A stretch of 64,000 nt of DNA from Monocercomonoides exilis PA203 (lineage: Eukaryota; Protista; Preaxostyla): contig LSRY02000014.1 in NCBI GenBank assembly GCA_001643675.2, positions 124,001-188,000 of the forward strand, given 5' to 3'. Both the position numbers and the translations under genes were made by a program. Within the stretch, counting starts at the first letter, position 1; every line of letters starts with the position of its first letter. Of this stretch, positions 48,901 through 61,936 are shown in pieces. Under the pieces are notes generated by a model. The model was not told the origin of the DNA. It was given only the letters and a program-made list of their open reading frames with translations, and ran no database searches.

Positions 48901-51492
48901 TGAACCAGAGGAAGACAACGACGCCTGGGCAGAGGCGATGAGGAGGACAGCGCGGTTCAGCTGGGAGAGAGAGAGGCGGTTGGGGATGCTGAAGTAGTTG
49001 AAGGAAGGAAACAAGGGCAGCACGAAGTACGAGGTGATGTAGCACACAAACTGGAAGAGCGCCAGAAGCGAAGAGTTGATCTGAGAGAAAGGAGAAGAAG
49101 GGAACTGGCTCGAAGATGGAGAATTCGGATTCGACGCGTTCAGTGCTGCTTCTCTCGCTTCTGCTGCAGCCGCCACCAGAAACGGGGCAGCTGGCAAAAG
49201 ACTCGGCAGGATAACACCAGCAGAAGGTTTCAATTCAGTCATGATGAGTGCCCTCTCTTCTGTGCTGAAGGAGCTGAACTTGCTCTCAGACTGGGCAAAC
49301 GGGTGGCGTGTGTGAGGACCCTCTGGCTGCTTTGTGTGGAAGAGCGAGTAAGTCAGCGGAGGGGCAAAGGAAGACGGCTGGTTGCTGCTGCTCAGAGGAA
49401 GTGGGGGTGAAGGAACAGATGATGAGGTTAATTCAGCTGCTGGGAAAAAGGCAGGGTCGGGGTGCAACAGCCCTGTGTGGCTCTGTTCTCCTGCATGTGG
49501 CAGATGAATGAGCTGTGGCCGAAGCAACGAAGACTCAAAAGACGGAAATGGACCGTTCCTTCTGTTTTGGTGCAGATGACTGATGAATCCTTCAGCACCT
49601 TCTTCAGAATGGGAGAAGTCTGCGCTTCTGTCAGACAGCTCGCCTGCCGCTGCGCCTGAGTTATTCGCATCTCCCTTTTTATTCTGCTCTCTTTCGATGA
49701 TTCTCGATCCATCTGTCTCTTCGGAATTTCCTTGTCTTCTGTTTGAGTGTGCGTGTGACTGAGGAAGCGAGTGCGACCGGCTGTGCGACGGCGCCTCCGC
49801 CAGCTGCATTTCAGACAAGATCATCTTCTGATAGGAGAGATTCTGTGTGGACACATGCTGCCTGTTGATGTGTGCATGCTGCCCAGGAAACGGGTAGAAG
49901 TGCAGCCTGTGCGGAGAGCGTGAGGAGCTCTCTTCGTCTGACAGATCACGCGACCTCTCTCTTCTGTGCTCTGAGCCTGTCGCAGACTCTCCTGTGCTTT
50001 CACAGTCAGATGACCCTCCTCTGCCCACTTTCTTTTCGAGGCTGCTTTCGTCGCTGCGGTTCCTCCCTCTTCCGCTTGCTGGCTGTGATGTGCTGCGGGT
50101 GCTGTGCTGGCTGGTGTGGCTAGTCAGGCTGAGGACTGAGTTGCGGGAGCCCCATGCAGCAGGATGGGGCGTCAGAGAATTCGTATGAGCACTTCTGTGG
50201 GCGAGGGGTGCGAAGCGGCGGATGTACTCGATCGTCTTCAGCACGTTGAGCGAGCGGCCTTTGAAGAGTGTGAGCCACTCCTTCCGCATGAAGTTCATGC
50301 TGGTTGCGAAGTTCTTGCGGCGCAGTGCGCAGTCGAGGTAGTAGTTGACAGCGATTGGGTCTTGTTCTTTGGCTGTCTGGCGGGTGAGGAAGGTGAAGTG
50401 AGGATTAGAGAAGAGCTCAATGGAAGAGTAGTAAGGGAGCTTCGAAGGGATGATCATTTTGGAGGAGGAGAGGGGATGTAGAGTGAAGGAAAACGGAGGA
50501 GGTGAAGTGTTCAATGAAGGCGAAGAAATAGGAGAAGAGGAGGAAGAAGAAGAAGCAGAATTGGTAGAGGAAGCAGGGGGAATTGAAGCAATCTTTGGTT
50601 TGTGTTCGCTGGGTGTTCTTTCAGAGTCTGAAGGAGGTGCAAGATGGTTCAAATGGGGCTGTGAGGGAATGACCGAGTAGAGTCTCCCCACTTTTGTGAG
50701 GATGAACTGGAAAGGGAACAAAGCACATGTGTAATTGATCAGGTTTGACAGAGAGCGTTCCTGCGACGCCAGACAAGAGTGAAATGCGATGAGGTTGGAG
50801 AAGCGCGAGCAGATGAAGTGAAGATTGATGAAAGGTGCAGAAGGGCTAGTTGCATTGATGTAAGCACTGATGCGTGATGAAGGAAGATTTGGTGGAAGAA
50901 AATGTGAAGAAGAATTCTGGTGAATCATGTGAAGTGTGCCTTGCTTGGTAGAAGAACTTTGGTGCATGTGAAGCGGCTGCTGATAAAGATGAGCTTCGGA
51001 ACTAAGCCTTTTTGCTTGTTTCCGTGCATTATCTCTGTTGAGCATATTACTTGGTGATATAATGGAATGTTTATCATCGTATAGTTCATGTTCGTTTCCA
51101 ATAACTTCCATTTCTTGTGAAAAATATCTTTCTCTGATTTTATGCGTTTTACTTTCCTTAAGCAATTGCTCTTCTTCGTCACTTGTATTATTCATGATAT
51201 CTCCATTTTCAAGAAGAACTCTGTTTTCAAAATCTTCAATAACAGCAGAATTGTCGTAATCAACTGTTTCATCTTCTTCACTATCAGATCTAAACGTATC
51301 ATGATGAAAATATTTTTCTTGCGTAACTTCATTTGGTTTAGAATTCGTCGTTCCTTCATTTTTATGAGCTTGTACAATTTTTCGAATCTGGAAATCTATA
51401 TCTCTGAGGCTAACCTCAATTGCAATTGGAAATGGAAATTGTATTGGGGTTGGAACCTCAGAATTGTTTGAAGAAATCTGGATCTGATCCAA
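36984..51492 (-). CDS. Giant (~4800 aa if joined) Ser/Glu-rich low-complexity protein with IQ motifs; two ORFs overlapping by a frameshift
   Basis: ORFs 44572..51492 and 36984..44546 have the same composition, and their frames overlap stop-free around 44570-44880. IQ-like motifs AARSIQRWYFRWHRIK, AVLSMQSHFRRRKVAK, ATLILQKAVRVFQARK. The true start is probably in an upstream exon (candidate ATG 51683). Confidence 0.75.
42740..42802. repeat. Coding hexamer repeat (CATTCA)n encoding (NV)n/NE
   Basis: Directly visible; translates as NVNVNVNVNVNVNENVNEN. Confidence 0.9.
45106..45195. repeat. Compound (GAG)n(GAA)n tract encoding ~30 consecutive Ser on the minus strand
   Basis: Directly visible. 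Confidence 0.9.
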
Positions 51493-53065
51493 AAAGCACT
51501 ACAATTTATTTTAAAAATGTTTGAAAAATTGAGAGAAAAATATGTTGGAAAAAATGTGTTTTAAAATAAATGGAAAATGTGTAAGCATGCATGGTAAAGG
51601 TTATGTTTTATATGGTTTGAATCTGCTTTTGTCAGTTTTTTTGAAATATTTGTTGAAGAACGATTATTTCTTTGAGCTGACATGTTTGATATTTTGAAAT
51701 TGGTATTTGAAAATTTTTATTAAATGTTGCTGTTACAACAAATAAATATCAACGCAAATATTTCTTCTGAAAAAAAGAAAAAAATAAACAATATTGATCT
51801 TCTCACATAATTACAAGCTTCGATTTTTGCTTTTGCGTATTTCTTCAATATACACAATTTGTTGCGAGTTGGTTTTTCTTAATTTTTTATGAAAAAAATG
51901 AAATATTGAATATATCATTCTATTACGAGCTGTTAAAGGTTAATAAGATTTTTTTAACCGTTTTTGAGTGAATGTAAATTTTCTTTTTTAAACAGCTGCT
52001 TAAAAATAAAAATTGCAGGAAAGACTTTGACATTCATGATTTTTTGTAATAAATTTAATTAAATGTGAAAATGTTTTGCAAGGAACAATTTTCAGCTTTT
52101 CATTCATTTTAAATTTTTCGGTTTATTTTCGTCATACATGACATTACGATAGAATAGAATGAACTGTCAATGTTTTCTTTTTCTATTCTGATTGTGTTGT
52201 TTCATTGATTGTTTTTGTTTTATTTTGCCAGAAGCCAGAGTAGTTTTCAATTACCTCAAGTCATCTTTTGTTTCAATCTGTTGAACTTATTCCTTCTTTG
52301 CTTGCTTTAATTTCTTCACATTTTTTAATTTTCTTGATATCTTTGGTTATTTTTTATTTTTGTTTTATTTTTAAGATGAAGCAGCTTTGTATATCTTTGC
52401 GAATTACCGATAATTGAAAATCATTTTTCTTGCTTTTTAACTTGAAAGATAAAGTTTTATCTTCAAATATCAAAAGTTGTTAGATTTTTGGATCAAGTGT
52501 TTTGGCTATCCAGAAGCATGAAATAACTTTTCAGCAAATTGAAAAGGAAATTTTTAAGAATTTCATTTTGTAACATGAAAATTATAGATAAATTAAAATT
52601 TGCGTGAATAATTTTGATATTTCATTCTTATCTTCAAAGATTTTTCTTCAAGTGAAAGAGTCCTCTGCAGATATCACGTATTATTCAATTTATTAAGGCA
52701 TTTCATCAGTAAAAATAAAAATGGTGAGACTGAATCTTGTATATAATAGAACATAACAAATTTCATAACAGATTAGAAGAAGAAATAAATATCTTTTAAA
52801 ATAACTCCAAATTTAAAAAGAAAAAAAAAATTACAAAACAAATGAAATCTTTTCAATTCATAAAAAGAATGCAGCATTGCTTTCAGCATACTATTTTCAG
52901 TCATAAACAACAATAATAATTCGAATAGATGCTTAACTGAAAGAGAATTGCTCTTATGCAAAAGGCACATATTCTTCATGAAATAATACAAAAATAAGTC
53001 AAAGAAGTCATAAAAAAATTTTTTTTTTATTTAGAAAAGATAGATGATTAGTTTTTTGTAGAATA

Positions 53066-56000
53066 TCAACAACATACTAATTTCTGAATTAAACTTGCCG
53101 TGCTTTGAGCATTAGAGCAATGGAACAATAGCCATAATTGGGCAAGTTGTATCAGAACCATTTGAATAAAGTCCTCGGTGCTTTGATTTGGCTGAGATGA
53201 CTGAGATGCTGATGGCTGTGACAAAGTTGATGACAATTGTTGAGAGTTTGTTTGAGATCGGAAGGCTATTTTTTCAATTTCAGCATTGAAATAAGGTTGA
53301 TCAAAAGTAAATGGTTTGACGAGAAAATTGAATACAGGAGCTATCGATTGCAATGCATGATCCTCTGCCTAAAAATAAAACGGATAGAATTTTCAAAAAA
53401 AGTCGATAAAAGATTAAAAATTTTGCGAATTAAAAGTAATTCCATTAAAATTGATAAAAAGCGAAAATGAAACGTAAAATTCTCCAGAAAAATAAACAAA
53501 TTTCAAAAGCAAATACAACCTCGTGTCTGACCAATTCGCATGCTAATGTTGCAATTGTATTTGGATCAATCAACAAGTAATTCCAACTCAGTATACGTGA
53601 ATCTATCCACTTCTTGATCATAAATGAGGATGAGAAAGAATGAAAAGGAGAATGTACCGAAACATGTAGTTGCTCGCTTTTATTTACATTGAAGCTGATA
53701 CTTGTTTCAATGAGTGGCGGAAATACTTGATCATTCGGGCAGAAAAAGCCATCTTCTTCTATTGCTTCCTGGAATGAAGTTGTTTTTTGTTCGTTTTTTT
53801 CTTTCGAATCCCTTTGAGCAGAAAATGTCGCATCATGTATTCTATCAAGATGAGGTAAATGTGATAATAAAGAAACAGATGCTGTTTCTATAATCTCCTC
53901 TTTTGTAATTGACTCATTTGAATGGTATTTATTTTTCGTTTCTTTGCTTCTTAGGAATGTGCTCAATACCTTTTCTTCAGTCAATTTTTGAGGTTTCATC
54001 AAAAAATGTGGGAAAAACAATATGCGATCAAATAGCACATGAGTAGAAAAGCGAGCCGTGATAACTTCATTCAGATTGAAGAAAGGGGAGACAGACTGAA
54101 GAATAGCAGGGCTAATCAACGGTGTATTCAGAGAAAGTGCATTGATTGTACTGTGAATGCGCTTAACAAGTGAATTTGAATATGAAGATAAACTACTCTT
54201 TGCATTGGTTTGAATTTCTGGAGAAAATTGTTTGTTGCATGAAGTTGAATCCAAACAGTTTCTTTTCGGTGAGGAATCAATAGTTGGGGGAGTACATGAA
54301 CTTGCCGGTGACAGTAGTTGCGGTGTTTTTGCTTGTAACGTATTAGAAACAAAAGAACTTTCAATGGAAGAAGCATTGCTCAATCTTGTCTTTGAAGGTT
54401 TTGGTGTCAGAAGTTTTGGAATGTTCGAAGTAGCAGAACGTATTTGAAACTGTTTTTGTTGTCTTTGCCGTTGCTTCCTATCGCTTTGCAGCATACTCAG
54501 AAGTGTCTCGCTCCTTTCTCGCTTGTGCGTGGACAGATAATGAAGAAATAGGCCTAACCCAATTCTTGTTGCATTGTGATTCCTTTCATCTTCGGTCTTC
54601 CTTTTGGAAGAAAATGAAGAGTCAGATGGACCAGTTGAACGAGCAGAAAAGGAAGATGGTTGAGCAAAGCTTGGCGATGATGAAGGTGACAGCAAATAGT
54701 GATGCCATAATGCAATAATCAGCACAACAAATGGAGGATGCAACACGCAGACACCAATCAAAGTTTGAAGATGAATGAGAAGAACGAGAAAGGGCAGATT
54801 GTGCAGCAGCATTATTTTCACTGGATCAAACGTCAATATCTGTTTATTCTCCAAATATGAGCACTCAGATTTGTCGAGTTGAGAATCAATTCCTTGTTTG
54901 TACTTTTTGATCCCATGTTCGTCTTCAGAAAACTGTTTGTCTTCATCGGACATTCTTCCGGATTGAGTTAAAACGTAATCGATTTCCTTGTTGCTGTGCG
55001 AAAACTGATGAAGTAATGATAGACTTTCATCTTTCGTATCATCGTGTTGGCTTGCAGCTGTGTTTGAAAGCTTTCTTTTCGGTCGCGTTCTTTCATCCTT
55101 TTTTGATGCGTCGCAAGAAGTGTTTACACCGCCAACGATTTCAGAGTCAAATGACTCAAACACTTCGTCCAGAAGCGAGAGAACAGACAGACAGTGGCGA
55201 TAGTTCACAAATGTGTAGCCAGATATGATGCCGATGATGTGGTGTATTTCGTGCTTCACAAGTGTGGTGAACAAAGAAGATGAAGAAACCGCAGCAGTAG
55301 TGAGTGGAATATCTTCTGGTATAAATGCACTTGAATTGCTGTTCTCATTCTCAAAGATGTTGCTGCAACGAACCTGTTGATCAGCAAGCTGCTCCTGGAA
55401 ATAAAGGCAGACAAGAGCAAAGGCACGTACTTGTGGTGGGAATCCAAGTTGTGCAATGTAATCTGGCTGAGAGAGCACAAGTGTCGATGGAGTATAACAC
55501 GATTGGAATTGCTTCGATGAATCTTCATTGGTTCCTTTGTTCAGAGCAGCAAAACGAGAAGATGATTTTAACGAGGAACGGGAATTGGAAGAAGGCTCGA
55601 ATGACTCTTCCATCATTGAGGAGGCCTTTTTCAAAATTGTGTGAGAAACACCAAACACATATAATGTTTTCAGCGAGTTGAAGCACATGCAACCGGAAGG
55701 CTGAACAAACGATCCAAAAGTTGTGCTTTCACCAGTTGCATCTTCATATCTTTTCTTCCTTTTATTTGCATAATCCTTCCAATCTTCTTTTTCATTTTCA
55801 TTTTCTCTTTCAATCAACGGAAATGGAGTTGTGTCTTTGCTCTCTCCACCGCTCCATTTTTGTCCGCATCCCAGTGCTTTCTCGTGACTTCGATAAAAAG
55901 GATCAACACATTCACCAAAACAGCATGGTGAATGATCAAGCTCAAGAGCTGTTTTGATTGTGGCTCCTGTTTTGACAGCCTTAGGAAATTCAAGAACATA

Positions 56001-57571
56001 CTTAATCAGAGAAAACAGATCAGAAGTATCTGACAAGTCGCTTTTATTGCGAGAGCACGAAGATGCAGAAGGATATCTCGAAGATGATTCGTCAGATGTT
56101 GAAAATTGCGTCGAGTGTGGAAAAGCTTCAAAAAAAGAAGTGTTATCAGTTCCTGTTTGAGTTACTCCTCTCTTTGAAGCATCACTTTGATCAATTCCCG
56201 TATTATTCCGTGTTTGTACTTCAAGATTATTTAAAGTAATTTCCCTGAAAAATAATAGCAGAAAGCAAACAAAAGGGTCACCTGAAGCAACTGAAGATAT
56301 GCACCACCACCGTTTCAGCTGGTTTACAAGAACGAAGTGATCACACACGAAAGACAAATCCGTCAAGCTAACTGGCATCTGCGAATTGATGCAGTCTGCT
56401 GAAGAATATGTAAAATCAGCAGTGGAAACAGAAGCTGAAGCTGATGAAGGAGAAGGAGATAAATGTGGCTGCGATATAAAGTTTGATGATGAAAGGCAAT
56501 TAATCTGTGAACTCGTGCCTTTGTTCTCTGAAATAAATCGTTTCCGGATGGTTCGTTGTCTTTTTGACAGCTCATGAAGCGAGGAGAGCGAAATTCCCAG
56601 TGTATTTAGTTCAAATAAGTGGCATTCAACGAATGGTAATATCATCTCTGAGCTAAAAGGAACAAAGCGGCCCATCACATTTTGAACGCGGTGGAGGTGT
56701 AAAGCACGCCAAAATAATTTAAAAAATGATTCCAATTTTAACCAAGAAAATGATAAAAATGGCATCTTTCGCTGAGTTTCTTGATTTGTTTGAACTGCTC
56801 GATGATTATTCCCAAAATTGGATGTTTGTCTCGATTCGATGGAAGTGGATTGCTTGCGTGATAAATTATTGAGTAATTTTAGTTTATCTCGTTCAACAAA
56901 TTTTTCGTCTCTCTTTTTAACAACATTACTTGAGGTCATCGAATTTTGACTTTTTTGATTCTGAATGCTTCTTAGGTATTTAGCAAATTGGTTAATAATG
57001 GAAAACAAGCTTTCATGAATAAAACCATCTTGATATTCTTTTCGGATGAATTTACTAAGCAATTTCATAACTAAATTTGAAAGCCATTCTGTTGAAGAGT
57101 TCCATAAAGAAAGCATCTGTTGTCCTGATTGCGTTGAATCGTTAGAGTGTGTTTCAAGTTCAGTTTGAACAAAAGTTGCAGTCCGACCACAGCATGTCAA
57201 TCTCACTGCAAAGTGAAGGAGTATCTCCCATGTTGGATCAGTTTCAGAACTCTATAAATTAAGTTTCGTAAAGAAAATTATATATGAATTTTCTGTAATA
57301 ATATGATCCAAACAAAACGAATTAATAAAGAAGAGATATCAGAAGGTAAAGAAGGATATGCAGGTAAAATTGTTTTTAATAAGGTAAATGGGTTGTTAAG
57401 TTCCTTTAAATTTTATTGTTGAAATTAATAAAAAATGAAAAATAAAGAATAATAACAATAATAAAGGCGTACAATACATATTAAATCAAATGATTCGTTC
57501 AACAAATCTACGTCATTTTTTGTAATCTTCTCTTTTTTCGAAATTGAAGAGAGAAGTCTGCATTCTATCAT
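53066..57571 (-). CDS. Large hypothetical protein, multi-exon
   Basis: 1253-aa ORF joined by a phase-0 GT-AG intron (53519-53369) to ORF 53066..53353. Short upstream exons probable (candidate ATG 57571). No domain recognised. Confidence 0.7.
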
Positions 57572-57631
57572 TCATATATTTTCATTATGCGAAACTTTGA
57601 TCAGTGAAGTTTTATTTTTCGTTTTTTCTTC

Positions 57632-58354
57632 ATGACACTTTTACCGAAGGATGGAATTCTTACACTAAAACTTCTTGATGATTGTGGCGTTGCAAAGTGC
57701 GAACCTAAAGTTATTCCTCAACTTTTAGAATTGAATTATCGTATATGCTTATTCTTTTTCTTTTTAAAAACTAAATATTGATTTCAATCTTTCATAATTT
57801 CCATCTTGCAATTTAAAAATTACGATTAAAAAGGAATGTTGAGGTCCATATTGAAGGAAAGTTGCCTTCATGCTGCAAGATTACAAAAAACTCAAGTGAC
57901 TTCTGCAGAAGTTCTTTTAACTTTACAACTGCAAAATATCACGAAAAATCTTAAACATTCTGATGAGCAACGAATTTCTGCAATTGCAAATTGCGCAAAT
58001 GCTATTCCGTTGGATGAAGCTATGCAACAATCTGAGGAGAAAATGAAACCATTGTTATCTTCACAGCTTCAAATAATACCTGTTGAAGCAACTGTCGAGC
58101 AAATTCCAACATCTTCGTCAAGTGAAGCACCTCCATTTACCCAATTTGCACCTCGAACTCTTCAGGAGAACGCTCCTCAGGATGATTCTTCATTTAAAAT
58201 TCCTCCTCCAAGTGTTGAACCTTCTGTTCCATCTCTCGAAGAATTTATGAAAGAGGGTCAAATAGATGATAATCAACAAGCATCAACTGATATGAAAACT
58301 GAACCAGAAACAGGGAAAAGCATTTCTTATCCAGAAGATGACGAATATGATTAA
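57632..58354 (+). CDS. TAF9: TFIID/SAGA subunit TAF9 (TAFII31) histone-fold protein, 2 exons
   Basis: Exon 1 57632-57740, intron 57741-57833. LPKDGILTLKLLDDCGVAKCEPKVIPQLLELNYRMLRSILKES...VTSAEVLL...IANCANAIPL parallels the TAF9 pattern PKDA....IL.DMG...YEPRV..Q.LE...RY...IL.DA...V...DV.LA...IA...N..PL. Confidence 0.85.
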
Positions 58355-58839
58355 ACCAGAAGTGCTAATTTACTCAAAATAAAACACTTCACCCCACTTC
58401 AATTTGGTGATTTTTATGTTGTACGTTTTTTTTTAATTGATATTTTTCAATTTTTTTAATTTGTTTTTTGTAAATTAATAATTGTGATTATTGGTGAAGT
58501 GTGTATTTTGTTTTAATCAAAAGATAGATAAATATCTGAATTTGTTTTAATTATTAAGAAAAAAAGTTTGTGTGGAGTTGTATGAGGAAATTTTGAAAGA
58601 AATTGTAAAATAGAGCTGGAAATGAATGAAGAAAAAGCAGACAACATATCAATTATCATTGTTTACACATGTGAATGTGCTTAATAATGTTCAAATAAAA
58701 ACACTTCAACAAATAAAGATAAATGAAAAGAGAAAACAAAAATAGTATTTGCATATTATTTTAAATCATTTATATCAGAGAAGAATCAAAAGAAATAAAA
58801 AAAAAGTTGATCAGAATGCAGAGTTTAAATACTCACAGA

Positions 58840-60860
58840 TTAAGAGTAAGAATGAGAAAAATCATAAGGCTTCACATCACTGGGATTGTTAAGCTTAACT
58901 GGTGTTCCTGTCGCCAAAGCTTTGGACTTTCTCATCACGCGTCCGTCCATCGTAACGACATAGTTCGAGAAATGAGAAGGAGGATAGAAATGTTTGCAGT
59001 CTCTGCATTCGATTTCAATTTCCTCCTCCTTTTTCGGTGGCGGTGGGGCATACATTCGATCCCTTTCTGCCTCTTCCTCTTTCTGTCTCTTCCGCTCCTC
59101 CACCTGCTGTTGGATGGCCTGTTGGATCTCATCAAGCTGCTTCTTCTTCCTCTCATATTCTTTCTCTCTCTCTTCTGCTTCCTCCTTCGCAGCCTTTGCG
59201 CGGATTGCTTCTGCAAGTGCTGCTTCTTCTGCTTTCTTCTGCTCCCTTTCTTTTCGCCGAGCTTCAACTTGTTCGTTATATCCATCCAAAAGATCCTGTT
59301 TTTGCTTCGCATTTGCTTCTTCAATCAATATTGCTTCTGCTCTTTGCTCCGCTTCGTCCTTTTCGGCCTAAGGAATCAGAGAATAATTTTTGAAATAAAC
59401 AGATTTGTGAAAGAAAATCACATAAATACATAAGTATAATTATCATATTCAGAAATAAATACAATTTAAATCAAAAAGTCATGGGAATTCAAAAGTTTTC
59501 AAAAAAAAAAAAAAGGCAAACTTTCTCTCTTGCCATTCGCTCGTCTTCTGCTTTCTCTTGCTGTGCCTTTGCTTTCTTTTCTTTTATCTGTTGAGATAAT
59601 TCCTTGAGAATCTCTTCTTTATCTGCATCTCTCTTTTTCTTTCTTTCCTCCTCAGCGTCCACAAAAGACAGTGAAAAGCGCTTGTCGTTCATTTCTTCTT
59701 CTTTTCTCCGGGCATTTTCTGCTTGCTTGCTGTCGATTTGATCCTGAAGCTCTTTTAAATACTCTCTGTTCCGAGCCTAAAAAGATAATGAATTTTTTTT
59801 TATTTTTTTGAGTGTAAAGCGAATGAAGGAGGTGGTTGAATGTGTGTAATTCAAAAATAAATTTTTCATTATTTAAAAAATAATAAATAAATAAAAGAAA
59901 GAAAAAAGAAAAAAAAGGTAATTAAGTTAAAAGATAAAAGAAACTGTTTGCAAACTCTCGCTTTTTCTTCGAAATCATCTTTCACTGCATCTGCCTTTGC
60001 ATATGCTTCGGCAAGCGCTCGTTCTTCGTCTCTTTCTTTTTCTTTCTCTTTTTGGACTGCTTCCTTGTGTGCTTCCATTGCTTTTTTCTCTTCTTCAATT
60101 TGTTCTTTCTTTCTTAAAAGTTCCGCCATTTTTTCTTTATGCTCTTCTTCCTTCAATCGCTCTGCCTCTTCTTTTGCTTCCCGCTCTTCTTGTTCTTTAG
60201 CCAACTTTTTTGCAAGCGCTTTTGCACGTCTGCGTGCTGCTTCTTCGCATCCATCACATTGTGGTCCTTCTTTTTCTGTTAAGCTTGTAGATGTAGAACT
60301 TTTTGAGCAGACGGAATTTGTTTCATCGCATGTGTCTCTTTTTGGTCTTCGATTTGATTGTGGTGTAGACATGGGAGTATATGTCATCTGATATGTTGAT
60401 TTTGGAAAAGCTTTATTCAATTTAAAATTAATAAATATGTTATTCAAAAATATTCATTTGCAAACAAGAAGGATTCCTTGGTGTCTTTAAATTTTGAAAG
60501 CACGTGTTCATAACAAATTGATAAAAAATAATATGAATGTTTGTAAATGAAACAAAAAATGTTGCAATAAAAAATAAATCATACAGGATGTTTGCTGGAA
60601 TCAAGTTCGTGTGCCTTTATGGTTGGCTAAATAAATATGAGATATTATGCATTCATTTTAAATAATAAAATATAATGCAACTAAATTATCTTCACGAGCA
60701 TACAGTGAGAATACGCGCTGTTTGCCTTGTTTGAGGGGTTATTGGAGTAAGCGGTTCATTAGGAATGCTCACCTTTAAAAAACTTAAAAAGAATTCATAT
60801 CATTCAAATTGTATCAATATCATTTGATTTAAAATACCTCAACAAATCAAATTCAGCCAT
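58840..60860 (-). CDS. K/E-rich coiled-coil protein with L..Q(I/V) repeats and two CxxC motifs, multi-exon
   Basis: ATG 60860, several short GT-AG exons, then ORFs 59869, 59489, 58840. Repeats ELQDQID, ELSQQIK, GYNEQVE, AIQQQVE; CDGC and CRDC. Confidence 0.7.
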
Positions 60861-61936
60861 TAAAAATTATTTTATTATTAAAGAAAATAGAATTTATAAA
60901 GTATGGACATTCTGATCAATATTTTTTATTTTGACTTTCAAGATTGAATAAAAAAGGTTTGCAATTAAACTATTCATAAAAGAGATTTTTCTGAAGTTAT
61001 TATTTAAATATATTTCAACCAATTTTTTTTTAAAAAAAAAGAATCCTTTTTTTTATATGAATGAAAAAAAAAAAACTCCATTCATTCTTCAACAATGACC
61101 GACTGAACATAAAATCATTCAAGGTCATAAATAATAATGACAAAATGGATAACTTTTAACAACATCTTTTTAGAAAATTTTTAAATAGAAAATGAAACTT
61201 ATAAATCCGGCATAGGTGTAACTGTCTACCTTTTGTAATTCTGGATTTTAACTATTAATTTTGTGATGTTTCAAAAGCAAAAATTATTTAAAAACTTTTG
61301 TATGGACCGATTTTTCGCAAAAATTTTTGTTTCTTGTGAAAAAACTATTTTTAAAAATGACCCATAAATATGAGTATTTTTTCAAAAAATATATAAAATA
61401 AGATAATAATGAAATAAAAAGTGGATAAAAGGTCATTAATTATTACATTGTCCTATTTTAATAATAATAATTTGAGAAATAAAACATAAAAAAAAAATAA
61501 ATTAAAAAATTAAAATATTTTGATCAATCCCACAATTATATTTTTAATATCCAAAAATTTAGAATTTGCTTTCTTTCGCCAAGAATTGAACCCTCGTTTG
61601 AGATCATATAACAAATCATATATATAAATGAAGTTTAAAAGTGTGCGATGAATTGTTATCAATATATCGTTCAAATTTTTATGAATTTTGTTAATGAATT
61701 TTTAGCTGATCAATTTTGTGCAGTTGTAGGATATTAATGTTATGCCATGTTGATAATGAATATAGAAGAACAAACAAATCGCGTGAAACATTCTTTTTAA
61801 TTATTAACATTGTTTTATTAAAATTTTTCGCAAAACATATTAAATATCATTTATTTTATTCTGAAAAAGATAGATATTAAATGATATAGCCGATTTGAGT
61901 GAAAATTGAACAAAAATAGCGCAAGGTTAAAAAGAA

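Noticed and set aside
10893-51471. Many short antisense or alternate-frame ORFs overlapping the long genes
   Set aside because: Shadows of trinucleotide-repeat, stop-poor coding sequence (poly-Ser/Glu/Leu/Phe) with no independent motifs.
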